DNA of 64,000 nt from the human T2T-CHM13v2.0 reference genome, Homo sapiens (GCF_009914755.1 NC_060944.1); one strand, 5' to 3'. Counted from the first letter of the stretch, positions 41,879 through 57,280 are shown. Notes: generated from the sequence alone by a model not told the origin. Made by a program: numbers and translations.

Positions 41879-44660
41879 ATCCTTATAGATTCTTTATTCA
41901 TAGTTGAATGAAATGAAAATGGAACTATTTTGCCATCTCTGGTTAGATCTCTTAAATTGGCTTTGGAATTTGTTGGCTTGGCCTCTGAAGAACAAAGAGT
42001 TGGGAACGTTTGACCTTGCCTGCGATTAACTTTCTCAGTGCATGGAATTTAGAGCCAGACTGGGCTTCTTTCTGCAGTCCCTTTAGTCAGTTCACAGGCC
42101 AGTGGAAGCACTAGTTTTTCAAGGAAAAGCCAACTCTTGACATAGCAAGATCAGAGCTAGAATCCTAGGAAGCATGCTTGGCTGTACACGATCCCTCTAA
42201 TTTCAAAGCAAAGCAATGTAAGGAGACAGCTTGGTAGTTGTTTTATTTTCTCTAGAGTGGACTTATGTTGTCAGTGGCAGAAATCCATGAACCATGAAGA
42301 TAAAATAATGCTAACCAGAGTGCTAAGTAAAGAAAACAAAGATGGCTCCACAATTAGTAGCATTATATATGTTAGTGCTAAGTAACAACAGATGTGTCTG
42401 CAGGGAGAGAAGCATTCCTTGCAATCCATCAGAAACCAAAGTTCTCTGACACCACAAGCCATTATGATTATCTTAGGCTTGGGGGATGATGGCTGAGTCC
42501 ACTGGGTTGGCAAAGTAGGGATGCTGTTGAGGGTGTTCCAACCTACCTATGTCATCCTTCCCATGTTGCACACTTGTGCTGAGTTAACAGGGCGATGTGC
42601 TCTGTAAAATCCGGTTCTGTAAAGACATGCACTAGCCATGAGTCATTAGCAAGCATGCGAAGCTAATTGGCAAAATACTCATAAAATATTTTGAAGGTGG
42701 GTTAATTACAATTCATTACACAGTAAACTGTCCCCAGGCTATTGTTAAAAAGTGCAGGAGTTTCAGGGCCCATTATTTTATGATTCATTTTGCCATGTTG
42801 TGAAAAACAGACTCTAAATCAAACTACATTTATTATAGGTCAGACCACAAAATCTTTATTGGTTTTTCCAACATTCCACCCTTGTTATATGAATTCATAT
42901 GGACTGCACATTTCTGTCAATTGGCAAGAAAGCATGAAATAAAATTTATGATATTTTCTTACCTTATCCTCAGTGTAGCCTTAAAAATCACAAGATCTAA
43001 TTGCTTCCCCTACTTCCCCAAGTTCATGCAAGAAATAAGTATTTCAAAATCAACTCCAAAGTTCTAATGATTGAAAGCAACTAAAGCATAATGAAATCTG
43101 TCTTCTAAAGTAAGCATCTTAAAGAAAAACTCAAAGCAACATCCACTTGAAATGTGTTGAAGCTTTTTTCCCGCTCTACCCAGTAAAATATCTAGAATAT
43201 ACTTTACATTTGGAGGATAATTTGAAGTTCATTGGCTCCATAACACAAATCTTGTTCTCCTCATCTCTACCTTTGAAAGCATCTTTCTTTTTTTTTTTTT
43301 TTTTGAACCAAAGCAAGCCCTCAGCATTTATTTCTTGAAAAAACAAAACAAAAAAAAACCCTCTGGTACAGTTGTGTGCCTCCTGTTATTACCATAGGCA
43401 GATTTGGTCAGAATCATGTAAGGCCTCATAAGTAGTCATTCTGTACCATTACATGTAATTGTTTGTTGATTAATGCTTTCAATTATGTTGATTTTCACTA
43501 TGTGACCCAAACCACCTTGACATAGCCAGCCTGGTATACTCATTACCGGGGATGAGCAAGGAACAAAATGCTAGGTTCACTTCCAGCCTCCAAGAGTTCA
43601 GCAGCTCATTTGAACCTTATCTGAACTATCAAAAGTTTTGACTCTGCAGAAACCTGTGTTTGGGGAAGGGGCAGGAATGTGTGGCTCAAGAAAGGCTTTA
43701 GGATGAAGTGGGGGTTGTGGGGGGAGATGTTGGAAATTGTGCAAAAACTAGTTTCCTTGTGAGTGATCAGGTACTTCCTGATTCTGGCTGGGCCAGAAAT
43801 ACCACAAAAGCCTTTCTTGAAATTTCTGAGATCTTTGGAAGGTCTTCCTCCAAGCAGTTTGCCAGTTCTGCATGCCTGGGTTTTGGCTAGGGCTGGAGAC
43901 CAAAGTATGTGCAAGAGGAAACCGTTTAATAGAAAGTTACCTGTATACTTAAGAATTGTCAAAAGAGTTTTACCTCTACTAGAATAAAGCCTGAATGGTT
44001 TGATCAGTGTCAATGATCTTAACCACTCCCATTCCTCATAGAAAGATGAAGCTGAAAGATGACATTGGAAATTGCTAATGCAACCCACTTATTTTATAGG
44101 GGCAGTCAGGATATCCATAGAAACTATTGACTGGGTCTATACACATGTGGACCAGAGTGAGAACTAAAGAGCCAGTAGAGGAACAAAAGAGGAAGAAAGG
44201 GGAGCCAAGCTGTTGAAAAGCTTGAGTTCTGTCTTTACTCTGCCATATTAGTGGTGTGATCTTAGGCAAGTCACTCCAATTCTCTGATCCTCTCTGGATC
44301 ATTTCAACCACAAAATACTAAATTAAATGTTGTTGTAGGATGAAAGTACTAAGAAAGGGTGATTTGGAAGCCAGACCAAGCTGGATGAAAAGAGTGTCAA
44401 ATTGGGAAGAGAAAGAATGGCAGCTAGGAAATGCTGGTGAGTTGGAGAGAAAACATTGAGTGGAAACAAAAGAAACTTGATGGGAAATGACTATTTTGCA
44501 TTGAGTAACAACAGACAATCATAACATAACTTGAGGAGAAAGTAAAGTTGTTTGATGCAATTTTAAAAGATGTCAAAATAGCCTTAAGTTTTATGAAATA
44601 AACGAATATTCCAAAGAGGCAAGCATGAAAGGAAGAAGTGTTCAAATATGGGAGACACTA

Positions 44661-44985
<325 letters not shown>

Positions 44986-47900
44986 TTAGTTTCCTAAATC
45001 ATGCTTCACGGGACTAAGGGCCAGAGCACAGAATACCCCACTACTTCTTCCTCAACCAGAGCAGTTGCCAGTTTATCTCTTCCAAGCAAGCTTTTGTTTA
45101 AAGAACGTTTTCTGAAGCTAAGGAAAAAAATTTCTAATTGCTAACCTTGCAAGAAATCAAAAAAACGAGTGGTACTTTAATGAGTTCATTTATTGTGACA
45201 CCTTTAACAGATACAACTGCAGGCCCTTGAGTGAATGAAGATCTGAAGTGGCTGTTCTGTGTAAAATACACGTGGATTTTGCAATGTGGCCATTCTAATT
45301 GGCAGGTAACTTCAACATCAGAAATCTCCAAGCTGGGCTCTCTGAGGAGAGCGGGACTAGCTCTCTTATAGGCACCAACATTGCAGTTTGGATTATGGTT
45401 TTTTGACGAAGGGTATTCAGTGTGTCAGAGGGAAGGAAGTCCAGGGCCAGGGTCAGCCATCTTTCCTTCTGCCCGCAGTAATGTTGACCTCTCGAGGAAT
45501 TGATGACAGTGGAAGAGTTCGGGAAAGGAAAGGGTGGTCAGTAGCTCCAGAGTATAAACATTGGGAACAGGTTTGAGAAGAATGCTCAGGAAAATAGAAA
45601 CAACTAACCAGCAACTAAACAACTAAATTGCCTGACAGGGAATCATGGAAGCTAATCAATGCAAAATTGGTGGTCAGGTAGGGGCGGGCAATGTTGACAT
45701 TGAAGTCTTGTGGACAGGCTTCCTGTGTTGATTTAGTAACCACACAATGGGTAAGGGAGAGGGGATCTCTGATCATAGCACCACTAATACTAGGATGCTT
45801 CTCTTTGACAGGCATAGGGTATTTTTTTTCTTTTAAGCATTAAGTAAGTGAGAAGATCACCTTCCTTTCTTTCTCTTTTGCCCTAAGGGCCTGCCCATTT
45901 CCAGCTGCGTAATTACCTCCTTCATAAGCCTTTACTCTGAGGCATGAAGGCTCTAGCCAGTACCCTGACTAACTCCCTGCTGGGGATGCCTCCGCTGAAC
46001 AGAGCAGAGAGACCTGCTGATTTCAGAGCCAAGCGCAGAAAGCAGCTGGCTCTTAACTTGTTGTTTAAGAGAGCCAAGCAGAACAGAGCTGACGATTGCC
46101 TGGCCAGTGGGAGCCTGAGCCAGGCACCTGTCAAATCCTGCTTTGCTGGGTTCTCCTGCACCCTGCTCTGCAGTGCGCTTTTCCGAGACTGGCGGTCCAC
46201 ACCCCACAGGCTTTCTCCCTCTACAGCCAACCAGCTGCCAGCACCCCTGTAAATTCTTTCTCCAGCTAATATTTTGATCCCTAAGCAAGTTTCTCTCTCT
46301 TTTACTGGCAGGAAAAAAAAATGTCAAAAAGGGAAAATGATGATGTCTCTATTTTCTTCTGATAGCAGGCTACCAAACACTCCCAGCATATCCATTCTTT
46401 CGCTTTGGGAAAGAGGGAAGGCAAAGTGGTCTTGACGGTGTGTGTGCAAGGAGAGACATTCGAATGTGTATTTTTACCTGTCATTTGGGTCTTGAGAAGG
46501 TTGAAGTCTGCATATGGAAAAACTGGCCCTTTCTCTTCTCAGTTCTGAGTTTTAGAGTTAGTAAACTATGTAAATTATTTTATTTCTCTGTGCTCTGCAT
46601 CCAGGCTGATGTCCTGGAGAGAGGGCTTTGAAAAACTGCCCCTGAAGCTATTGGCATTAACTGAAATTGATGTTTCACAGGACTGGGATAAAGAGGGTTA
46701 TCAGTAGCTCAGGCCTGGCCTGCCTTGGGGACCACTGCCCACTGGATTACCTATTGGCTTAGGGCATAGGCACTGGCTTAGGAATTAAAAGTACTAAGTT
46801 CCAGACAAGCTCTGTTTGTGAAATCACTTAGGCCTCCAGCAAGCTTTAGCTTTTCCAAGGTTTTAGTGCTCTCATTTGTAGAATGAGACGGTCAGTTAGA
46901 CATCACCTCCAAAACGTTACGAGTTTCATGAATCTGGCTGCACTTACTTTGTGGAGCCATCAGCCCTAACCTGAAGCCTGGGAAACAAGTAAACGTGTTT
47001 CAAGTTTCTTAAAAGTTGCTTTCTCAAGTTACTTCCTTTCTTCACACAAGAAATGAAAGGGAAACACTGCTGCAAAGAGCCCTGGAAACAGGTCCTGATT
47101 TTAGAAGAGAGCCTTGAGATGACAGGGGCATGGATGTCCTGCACATTCCTTCAGCATAACCGCAGAAAGCCTGCATATATTTTTCGTTGTTTGTAATTGC
47201 AAACTTTTCTAAAAATCTACCCTTTAGAAATGATTGCCTTTCTCTGAGGATCAGATCACAGTCCAGCCAATTCTCAGAGAAAATTAAACAAAGAATACTG
47301 AGCCTGGAATCTGTGATTAGGATGCCTGGCGAAGTAAAAATGACCGTGTACTTTCCCAAGTGGGTCAGCTATGGCCCCAGATATCCAAACAGGATGGCAC
47401 ATGAATCATGCCGGTTTGATGGGCTCTCTCAGGCTGGATTTACAGCTGGATTTAGGACTAAATGTTGGAGGTAAATCTAAAGGAGCAGAAGGGCTGGGGA
47501 GGGAATGGGAAATCAAGGGAGTTTCCATCAAAGCTTTTCAGAAGCAGAAATCCATTCTACCTTTGTCGATGACTGTGGTTTGCTAGGATCAAGATCAAAG
47601 GAATCACCGTGGGCAGAGCCATGACAAGTATGAGGCTCAGTCTGGTGCAACCTAGCATTAGCCCCTCTCTTAGGCTGCCGTCTAGACTGGAAGTGGGTGC
47701 TCATACCAGACCAGGCTGAGTGTGTAGTCAGGGTACTGTTTCATGACGGGGCAAAGGACTTATAAAGCCTATCTTGATCTCCCCAGGGAAGCCCACAGCC
47801 AGGGGCAGTGAGGCACAAAGTAGCTATATCCCTGATTATGTCCTTGGGAAAACAGGGGACATGGAATGACCATGAAGCCAGGTGGTTGACAGGGACAAGG

Positions 47901-49153
47901 AACTGATTTTGGCAAAATCCAACTGGCTTGTTTTGTGTATCTTTCCCTCTCCTCCCTGATTGCTTTAGAAGGCTGCTCTAAAAGTTTACTAAAAAGTTGT
48001 TCGTTTGCAGGCCTAAGACACTTGATATTTGAACTAGAAGGTCTTCTTATCCACACTTTACAGACCGAAAAACTGAGGCACAGAGGGGTTAAATTAGGTC
48101 ACCCAGCCATGGGTGGAGGATCCGGGAATGAATTAGGACAGATTCATTCCACAGCCCATCTCATAACGACTGACTACTCTAAAGGATATTGGTAAATTTG
48201 AATCTTATTTACTGGAAAAGCCCCTCTTGTAGAGCTGGTGCATCACAGATACCAAATAGACCTGGTTCTTATTTGTATTCCTTCATTTATAAGACTCACA
48301 GTATATCTATTAAGTTACAAAGCTAAAGATTAAAGAATTTGGTGCTGAGAACATGAATGTAAACTCATCATTTGTTGCTAAATGTATTGGGGTCAGTCAA
48401 CTTGGGTTAGTGACCACAAAGAGGAACTTTTAGGAGGCCCATGGCTAGCTTTAGAAATGCATGGTTTTTGCCTAAAGCAAAGTCATCTTGAACATGTTTT
48501 GATATTATCTAATATTCCTTATTGTTTTCATAAACACTTACGGCTCAAAGGAAACCCAAGCTCACCATGCCCAGAAAATCTTCAATCTTCCTCTCCCCGT
48601 TGAGGCTCTCCTCCCAGGACTGGAGATAGTAGGACAGGAAGCTAGCACTCTACTTGAAAAATGGAATCTACCTAGTGCTGACTCATTTCCTTGCAAAATG
48701 TTGTGTGTGAGCTATTTGATGCCCCCAGAATCTTGGGAGTCCTTTTGGATGAATTTTATAAGCCGTTCCTTGATACAGATACTGCATGCTTAGACGCTAC
48801 AGGTTGCCAAGATAACTCAACCCCAAAAGACTTAAGGTAAATGAAATCTCCAAGTCCCAAGGATTAGGTATGAGTTTTGGCTGCTTGGGTTTTCTCACAC
48901 AAATGCCTCATATGGCAGCAGAGCAGGCAGCACCCTCCGCAGAATTGGATTATCTTGATGTTTAAGTTTTGCAAATGGATCATTCTCAACTGACCATGTG
49001 AATTGAAGAAGGTTGCTGAACTTTTGCTGGCCTCTAAGCCGTGGGCAAATAGAGTGAATCCTATTGATTAAACCCAAAGCTTCCTCCTGTGGAAAATCCT
49101 ATTTAAGTAGAAGGATTATTACTATTGCCCATTAAAAAATAATCACTATATTG

Positions 49154-49457
<304 letters not shown>

Positions 49458-50369
49458 AATAATCGCTATATTGTACCTTTCTTATTTGAAAGGGAGCCAG
49501 AATCTAAACAGTAAAGTGTGGTGAGGGGGTTGTTGTTCACTAGGGTGTCTCCCATAGTACAAGTTTATGATTGCATAGTTCCTGTTTCTAGTGCTTCCCT
49601 CTACTCTCCTTGACAGGTTTTAAACTAGATAGCAAGATTTTAGGTGCTCCACTGCATAATAAAAGTGTATTGGAGTACTGTGTGGATTCGAGCACTGGCT
49701 TCTTGGCAGGAAGAAGAAAACCCTCATGAAGGGTCAGAAGTGGAAGCCATACCTGGTACAGGTCTTGTTAACTGAACATTACTCTATTAGGTTCTCTTAA
49801 TTATTTGAAAAGTCCTCTTCCTCCTTGCTCCAGGTTCCCTCCCTTTAGGTTGAACCTTCCATGAATTTTACAATCCATATCATTTTCTATCTAAATGATT
49901 AAAGCAAGAGCTGGCACCCTCTCAGGACCAGCCTGCTAAGTATTCATTTATTCACCGTAATTTAAGGCTTTCTCTGCCAGGAGTAATAACCCTCCTCCTC
50001 CTTCAGGCCATTCTGGATGCAGAATCTGAATGTCAGCCTGGGGCGAAGAAAGGAAGGGCAGAAAGGACAGAGAAGAATATAATTGTCCATAGGTTTCCAT
50101 AGCTTTGTTAATATTTTTCTTTGGTGGATTTTGACACTGGGGAAAGGTGCATTAACCTTCAGATTACTCTTTAAGGAAGGTAATCCTGGAAAGATAAAGA
50201 GGAGTTTTGTGATTTTGGAGCATTTCTGCCTTACAAAATGGAGAGAGAGTTTCATAAAATAATAACAAAAATCAGAAGCAACTTGAGGAAAAAACCTAGA
50301 AAGAAACAAAACACCAGGAACAAAGACAAAGGAGCTGTTCTTCTCTTCTTTTAGGTTCCTTCTTTCTGG

Positions 50370-50372
50370 TAT

Positions 50373-50407
<35 letters not shown>

Positions 50408-50693
50408 TTTGGAGATGCAGTCTCACTCTGTCACCCAGGTTGGAGTACAGTTGCATGATCTCAGCTCACTGCAACCTCCGCCTCCTGGGTTCTAGCAATT
50501 CTCCTGCCTCAGCCTCCCCAGTAGCTGAGATTACAGGTGCATGCTGCCACACCTGGCTATTTTTTTGTATTTTAATAGGGATAGGGCTTTGCCATGTTGC
50601 CCAGGCTGGTCTTGAACTCCTGAGCTCAGGCAATCTGCCCACTTCGGCCTCCCAAAGTGTTGGGATTACAGGCATGAGCTACCACGCCCAGCC
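50370..50693 (-). mobile_element. AluS with (TTTA)n tail
   Basis: Dimer; TSD tctttctg. Confidence 0.93.
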
Positions 50694-50799
50694 TCTTTCT
50701 GTTCTCTTTATCACCAACATTCATTGAATAAATGAATATGTGGATAAAAAACCAGTGATTGAGTACATTTTTGAATGAATAAATGAATGAATCATAGGT

Positions 50800-50990
50800 C
50801 AGTGTTCCTCAAATTCATTCATTTTCAGAATCAAATGGAAGCCCTTTTTATAATACAGATCCCTCATCTACCCCTTCCCTTTCCATCCCAGAGTTTCCAA
50901 TTCATTAGGTCACTAATGGAGCCCAGGGATCTGTATTTTCAACTGCTTCCCAGGCAATTCCAATGATCAGCCAGGTTTCAAAACCCTAGG
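50800..50990. mobile_element. MER5-family fossil
   Basis: 'gagcccagggatctgtattttcaactgcttcccagg...gatcagccaggttt'. Confidence 0.7.
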
Positions 50991-51220
50991 CCTACAGCAC
51001 AAATGATAAATGATAACATTTAGGTTCTGTCTCTCATTTCTCCTGCTATTGGCCCCACACTGAATTTAGTTGCAGATTGATATTAATCAGTTGTTTTTTC
51101 CTCCTCCATCTGACTAGCTGATTGCCCTGCCTGTCATCCTTATGAATTGCAAATGAAATATGGTGACATTTTTCCAGAAGTTATGTCTTAGAGACTTTCC
51201 AATTTTAAAATAATCACCAG

Positions 51221-51511
51221 GGCTGGGTGCAGTGGCTCATGCCTGTAATCCCAGCACTTTGGGAGGCTGAGGTGGCTGGATCATGAAGTCAGGAGATCAA
51301 GACCATCCTGGCCAACATGGTGAAACTCCATCTCTACTAGAAGTACAAAAATTAGCCTGGCATGGCAGTGCATGCCTGTAGTCCCAGCTACTCAGGAGGC
51401 TGAGGCGGGAAAATTGCTTGAACCTGGGAGGCGGAGGTTGTGGTGCCACTTCACTCCAGCCTGGGCAATGGAGCAAGACTCCATCTCAAAAAAAAATTAA
51501 ATAAATAAATA
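51221..51511 (+). mobile_element. AluSc-like, short right-arm deletion
   Basis: 'gagatcaagaccatcctggccaac'; degenerate TSD aaaataatcaccag / aaaatgatcatcag. Confidence 0.92.
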
Positions 51512-51679
51512 TAAAATGATCATCAGATTTTCCATCCTGTTCTATCTCAACTCTTGTGGAATTATCCATTCATGCAAAAACCAACAGGTCCCTTGCTTTG
51601 TTTGCTTGTTTTTGGTTAGAAAAGAGTTTGCTTCCGAAATCCATTGGTTTTAAAAATGCCTCATCATCATCTCCCTGCT

Positions 51680-52330
51680 TACTCATGTATATTTATCCTA
51701 CAAATATGTATCGAGTGTCTCTAGTGTCCTGGGAACACTGTGGATACAAAGATGAAAGATATCACCCTTTTCCTTAGGGAACCTGCAGACCAATGGTAAG
51801 CTAGATACAAAAATGATTATTTCACACTCCAGATATGGTGGAGGGATGCATAGGTTAGGAAAGTTGGGGTATATATTGGGTTAGGAGGAGGATAAGTCTT
51901 GAAGAAGAAAGTGAAAGCTGAGATTTAGATGATGAAGGGAACTGAGGTATTATGCCTGCAGCCAAAACCTAAAACTTTGGAGAACTAAAGGCAAAGCTGT
52001 GTGTGTGTTGGAAGGGATGGCGGTGGGAAATGAGATTGGATATGTAGACAGGGACCACATTAAGAATAACTTCCTAAAATATTGAGTTTTAGTCTGAAGG
52101 CATGGGAATCACATATGGGACTTGAGCATGGGGTGGACACAAACAAAATAAAAAACCCATATATTTAAGGAAAGGCGCTCTTATCATGATGGGGTTTGCC
52201 TGACTTTAAATTTGCCATATTTGAGACAGTGATAAGGATCTAAATGAAGTTTCAGTCAGAGGATTTAAAGAGCAAAAGCAGAAGAAAGAACAGAAGCAGG
52301 AGAATTAATTGCTTGACCACCTAGAGAATG
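51680..52330 (-). mobile_element. L2 3' fragment
   Basis: 'acaaatatgtatcgagtgtct...ggatacaaagatgaa', 'ttgagttttagtctgaaggc'. Confidence 0.65.
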
Positions 52331-53139
52331 ATGATGTGATTATGGAAGCAATTGTTTGACTGATTTTTATTCATTTTTTCCTGTGAAATTCAAAGAAAAT
52401 GCTGACAGCATCATAATATGACAGTCCAAATCCAAGCACTTCAGCAAGTGGGGATTTATTTATTTTTTTCTTCTTATCAAGGTTGAAAGATCTTCTAAGC
52501 ACACATGAAAGAAACAGCAGGGCCAAGACTACTTTGAACTTACTGCATACGATTCCTTTCATATAAGATGTGCTTGACAAACATTAATTAAGTCTCCCAG
52601 CACCTCTTTGAAGTAATGTAGGAAATATGTAGAGGTGGGTAAACTGAGGCCCCAGGAACTAGAAGGAGAGCCTGAGGACATACCAGGGCAGGTGCAGCAT
52701 TTGAAAAGACCCTCACAGGAGGCCCCTCTTTCTCTGATGAGGCCAGATGTAGGTGCTTGTTTCCAAGCAGAGGTCTTCCAACAAGTTCTCTCAACCAGGC
52801 AGGGGTGAGGCAGACTAGTTATTTGCTCCAATGGCCATACTCTCTGACCTAAAACTTTGGAGAACTAAAGGCTCCTCAGACCTGGCAGCCTTGAGCCTCA
52901 TAGCACACCCTATCTACCTATAATCCAGATCCACCATCTCCTTCCTGAAATTGACAGCTGTGTTGCATCTCTCCTAATGCTTGTTTTGTCCTTATAACTG
53001 GCTGAGACCACTTGATTCAATGGCTAAAAGAAGTACCCTGAGTCACTTTGGTGCCTGAGTTTCTGCTTTTTTTTTTTTTTTTTTTTGCTTTTTCATTTTT
53101 GGAGATTAGCCTCACTGGTTTAGCATGAAAGATGTTTAT

Positions 53140-53260
53140 TACGGGCAAATGGAGAAGTTGAGTTGTGATACAGGCCCCTTGGCAGCTTTGGCCAAACTCA
53201 CAGGGGGCTCTAAAGCTGAAATAGCCCTTCAAAATTGTCCCGAGTTGGTTACTTCCATGT
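53140..53260 (-). mobile_element. ERVL LTR fragment (LTR16C/LTR40-like)
   Basis: 'cacagggggctctaaagctgaaatagcccttcaaaattgtccc'. Confidence 0.5.
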
Positions 53261-56200
53261 TGATTAATCACTGGATGTGGCTCTTCTGGGAAGGGCAGAG
53301 GCTGAATCAATTCCTGAAAAAGGTGAATGGCTAAAGACTGTGCCCAGGCCACATTAGGAAACACATCTTCTGCTTGCTAAACTAGGTGCATCCAAAAAGA
53401 CGGACCTTGATCAGTTTTATTGGCTACCCAAATATCAATTCATTCTACACATTCAACTGGTCTTCTAACCTATATATATATATATATATGTGATGCTGGA
53501 AATGATATTAAACACTAAAGCAATAAAATACGAAGTCTCTGCAGTCAGGAAACTTAGTCTGGTGAGAGAGATACTAAATAAATAGATAAACCTAGAAACA
53601 TAATTAGTTCAGAAACGGCTAAATGCTTTAGGCAATAAAAGAATCAGAGAGGAAATACAAAATAAACATACACATGTGTTACTGAAGAGAAAAATATGGA
53701 AAACACTATCATTTAGTGTTATTCTCATCTAGAGAAATAAAAAGTCTTTGATGATCCAACAAGGTATGCAGATCACTAGTAATTTAGAAGGTTAGAAAAC
53801 TAAGAGTTATGATTGAAACTTACGGTAAATAAGTGAAAACATTTTTATATTGCATTTTTTTGGCAAAAAGAACAAAATAATTAAAATAATTAGAGAAAAA
53901 TAACATTTTTAGAAAGGAAGATTTAGAATTAGTAAATCATAAACAAGTATTTGGTAAACAGATCTGTAACGACAAATGAATATTTTTGTTATCTACTGAC
54001 TCTTTTTATTTCTAATGTATTCTTCTAAATCCACTGTCCTTTTTTTTCTTAGCAAAAGTTTTTTTGGCAATATTTCTTAAAGAAATCTTTGACTATAAAC
54101 ATGTTCAGTTGCTTTACCAAAAGTAATAATTTCTTGCAATTCCTGTTCCTGTTAAAATTTCTAAGGAAGCCATTCAAAGATGAGTGACATCTAGATATTT
54201 TGTTCATTAGTTCGCTTAACCATTGATTTTCTATTTTATTTACTACATTTTCCTTTTTCTCTATGATTTAGCTCTCCAAAACATTTGGTCGGTTTATATG
54301 AAAGGGGCTATATCATAAACGCTTTTAAGGTCTATATGATTTATACATACAGCTCTCATGATTCATTTCTCAAATAGCCATGTTTGTGGATTTTTTTAAA
54401 TTAAATTCTTGATTTATGTGAAATAGATAAATACACGGATCATTCAGAACAAGGGTGTCTGTGTCTGGGGGTGGGGAGGGGAAGGACGGGAGGGATTTGG
54501 ATGCATGAATAACTCCCTATTGGTCCTAATGGGATTTGCACAAGGAAGACTCCTGTATTCCAAGATACAATCTTCCTTCATTCTGACATGTGGTTAGCTA
54601 TATGTTATTGATATCATAACTTTAATTTCCGAGCCATGTTAAATCGATACATGTTTTAGATGTCCCCCTTAAGGAATGAAACATAAAAGAATATGCCTTT
54701 TTTCTTCTACCTCTCCCCATGTTGTATTTGGCAAATTACTTTGACATTCTAAAATATCTTATCTACTTCTGACTTTAAATCGCTTAGGGCTGCATGCTGG
54801 TCTTTCCCCGTGTTGTAAACAATCCCCTATGTTTAATCAGAATTTACCATCATCATAGCAGAAAATAAAACCAAGAATGTGTCTTACAATGGGAGCATTT
54901 TATAAAAGACGATACTTAAACAGCGTTTCCTGTAATAGCAATAAAACATTTTCAAGCTCACTCTCAGCTGAGGAAGGGAACTTTTACCCTGCCCAGAACT
55001 AGAGTTGTGTGAGAAAGTGTATGTGTGCATGTTTCAAATAACCAAACTAATAAGTCTTATTTCTCTCCTTATTATAATCAGGGGAACAACCATTCTAATA
55101 AAATTGTGTTCAACAGTTCCTCTATAAACTCACTCCCTCATCCTAGCTCCACCTGGTATAATATAAAATCTAATATACTTTGGAGGCATTTTTAATAAAA
55201 CTTTTTCAGATGACTCTATGTGGCAACACAATTCATTTATAGTTTCCTATTAGTTCACCTTTATAGAGGTTTTAGTCTTTTCTATCTCATGGGGTAAGTC
55301 ACTTTTTTTCACAGCCAACATGTAGTTCTATTGATCTAATCTTTTTTAAAAGTTTTGAATGTAAGAACAAGGTTGGGATAGGAGGAGAAATTAGCTGACT
55401 CGTACCACTGTGATGTTAAGGTTGATATTTTATGTGGATTTTACATTACACCGACATCTTTTATTATAAGGCTATCTATTAACTATGCTATTTATGAAGG
55501 TAGGGAAAATGGAAGGAGATACTTCATGATTTATTTTTATTAAAATAGCTTCAAGATCATTCTGTATTATTCTCAGGGTCAAAATAGTGTTATTCATTCA
55601 AAGTGACTTCTTATGAAGGTAATATGATTCAAGGATGGTGATAATTTGGAATGACTTCATGGCAAAAAGACGTAGTGAAGCCTCCTGTGAGCATGGGAGA
55701 AGGGAGTATTCAAATGAAGAAGGGTCACTTTTAATCAATGGCTGAAATCTGGCTGCCAGCATTTTGAAGTCCACACCTGTATTTGCATGGAGGTACCACT
55801 GGATTGTTGGACTATGGTGGTGCTTAGTATCCTGTTCTTAACATTCTTCTCCTTGGGCCTGTGACCTTATAGATGATAGTCAGCAAAGTGCAAAGTTGAG
55901 AAGCAACTCACTGCATATTGAAGAATCCCCCAAAATCTATGGAATTAAAGCATCAGATACCTCTGCAAGACTGGTTATGCAGTTTGTGAGGCTCAGTGCA
56001 AAATAAAAGAGCAGCCCTTTTATTTTGAAATAATTAAGAATTTAAAGATGGTGGCAGTACAGTATTAAACCAAGTATGGGGACCTTCTAAGTGCAGAACC
56101 TTATGTGACTGTTCAGGTTGCACACCCATGAAGCTTGCCTGCCTTCAGACACCTCTGGATGTGAAGGCTAAAGTAAAGCTAAAAACGAAATTCTACTTAA

Positions 56201-56413
56201 GTAGTGAGACATCAGATTGCCATTTCTGCTCTACACAGATGGGCTGGGGTCTCCTACCAGCAGAAGGCTGAAGTTGAGCATTCAGAGTATGGCCTTGGAT
56301 ATTCTACTATTTGCTGCATATAAATTCATTTCTCTAAGCCCAAGGGTCCTTGTTTCTAAAATAATAGTTTAAAGCAGATCTTCCAGATGCTTGAAAACTG
56401 AACTTAGTATTCT

Positions 56414-56713
<300 letters not shown>

Positions 56714-57280
56714 TTACTATTCTTAAAAATGTTCAAAAGCAAGACAAAAACTTTCAAAAGCAACCCTTGGGGGGTTTGAGGTGGCTTCCTGAAAAAGTTG
56801 GGGTATAAAGAGGCATAAGTGATCAATATTTTTCTCTAGTGATGGCTATGATTTCTCTCAAAATGTAGCGGTGTATTGAAGTAGAACATGGAAGTTATGA
56901 AAACTCTGAGATGAGGCAGATCTGAAATGAACCCATGCTCTGTCCATTACAAGCTGTGTCACAAAACTTCTTGTACAATGTGGTCAGTAATAGTACTTAC
57001 ATTAACGAGTTGTTGATATATAAGATAATACATGAATGGTACTTCTTTGGATGCCTGGCACATAGTAAGCATTCAGTAAATGGATGTGGATGAAGGCGAA
57101 GAAGGAGAAGAGGAGGAGGAGGAAGAGAAGGAAGAATATGATAATGGTAGTGGTGGTGGTGAAAATGGAAGCCATGGTTATTAAGAAAGTGGGAGCTGAA
57201 CTGGAACCAGTCTGTGCTAGAATCTTCTTATCATCACTACTTGTAAGACCCTGGACAAGTAACAACCTCTTGGTGGGTTC

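Noticed and set aside
43606-44088. 160-aa minus-strand ORF
   Set aside because: Non-ATG start, no recognisable domain or exon structure
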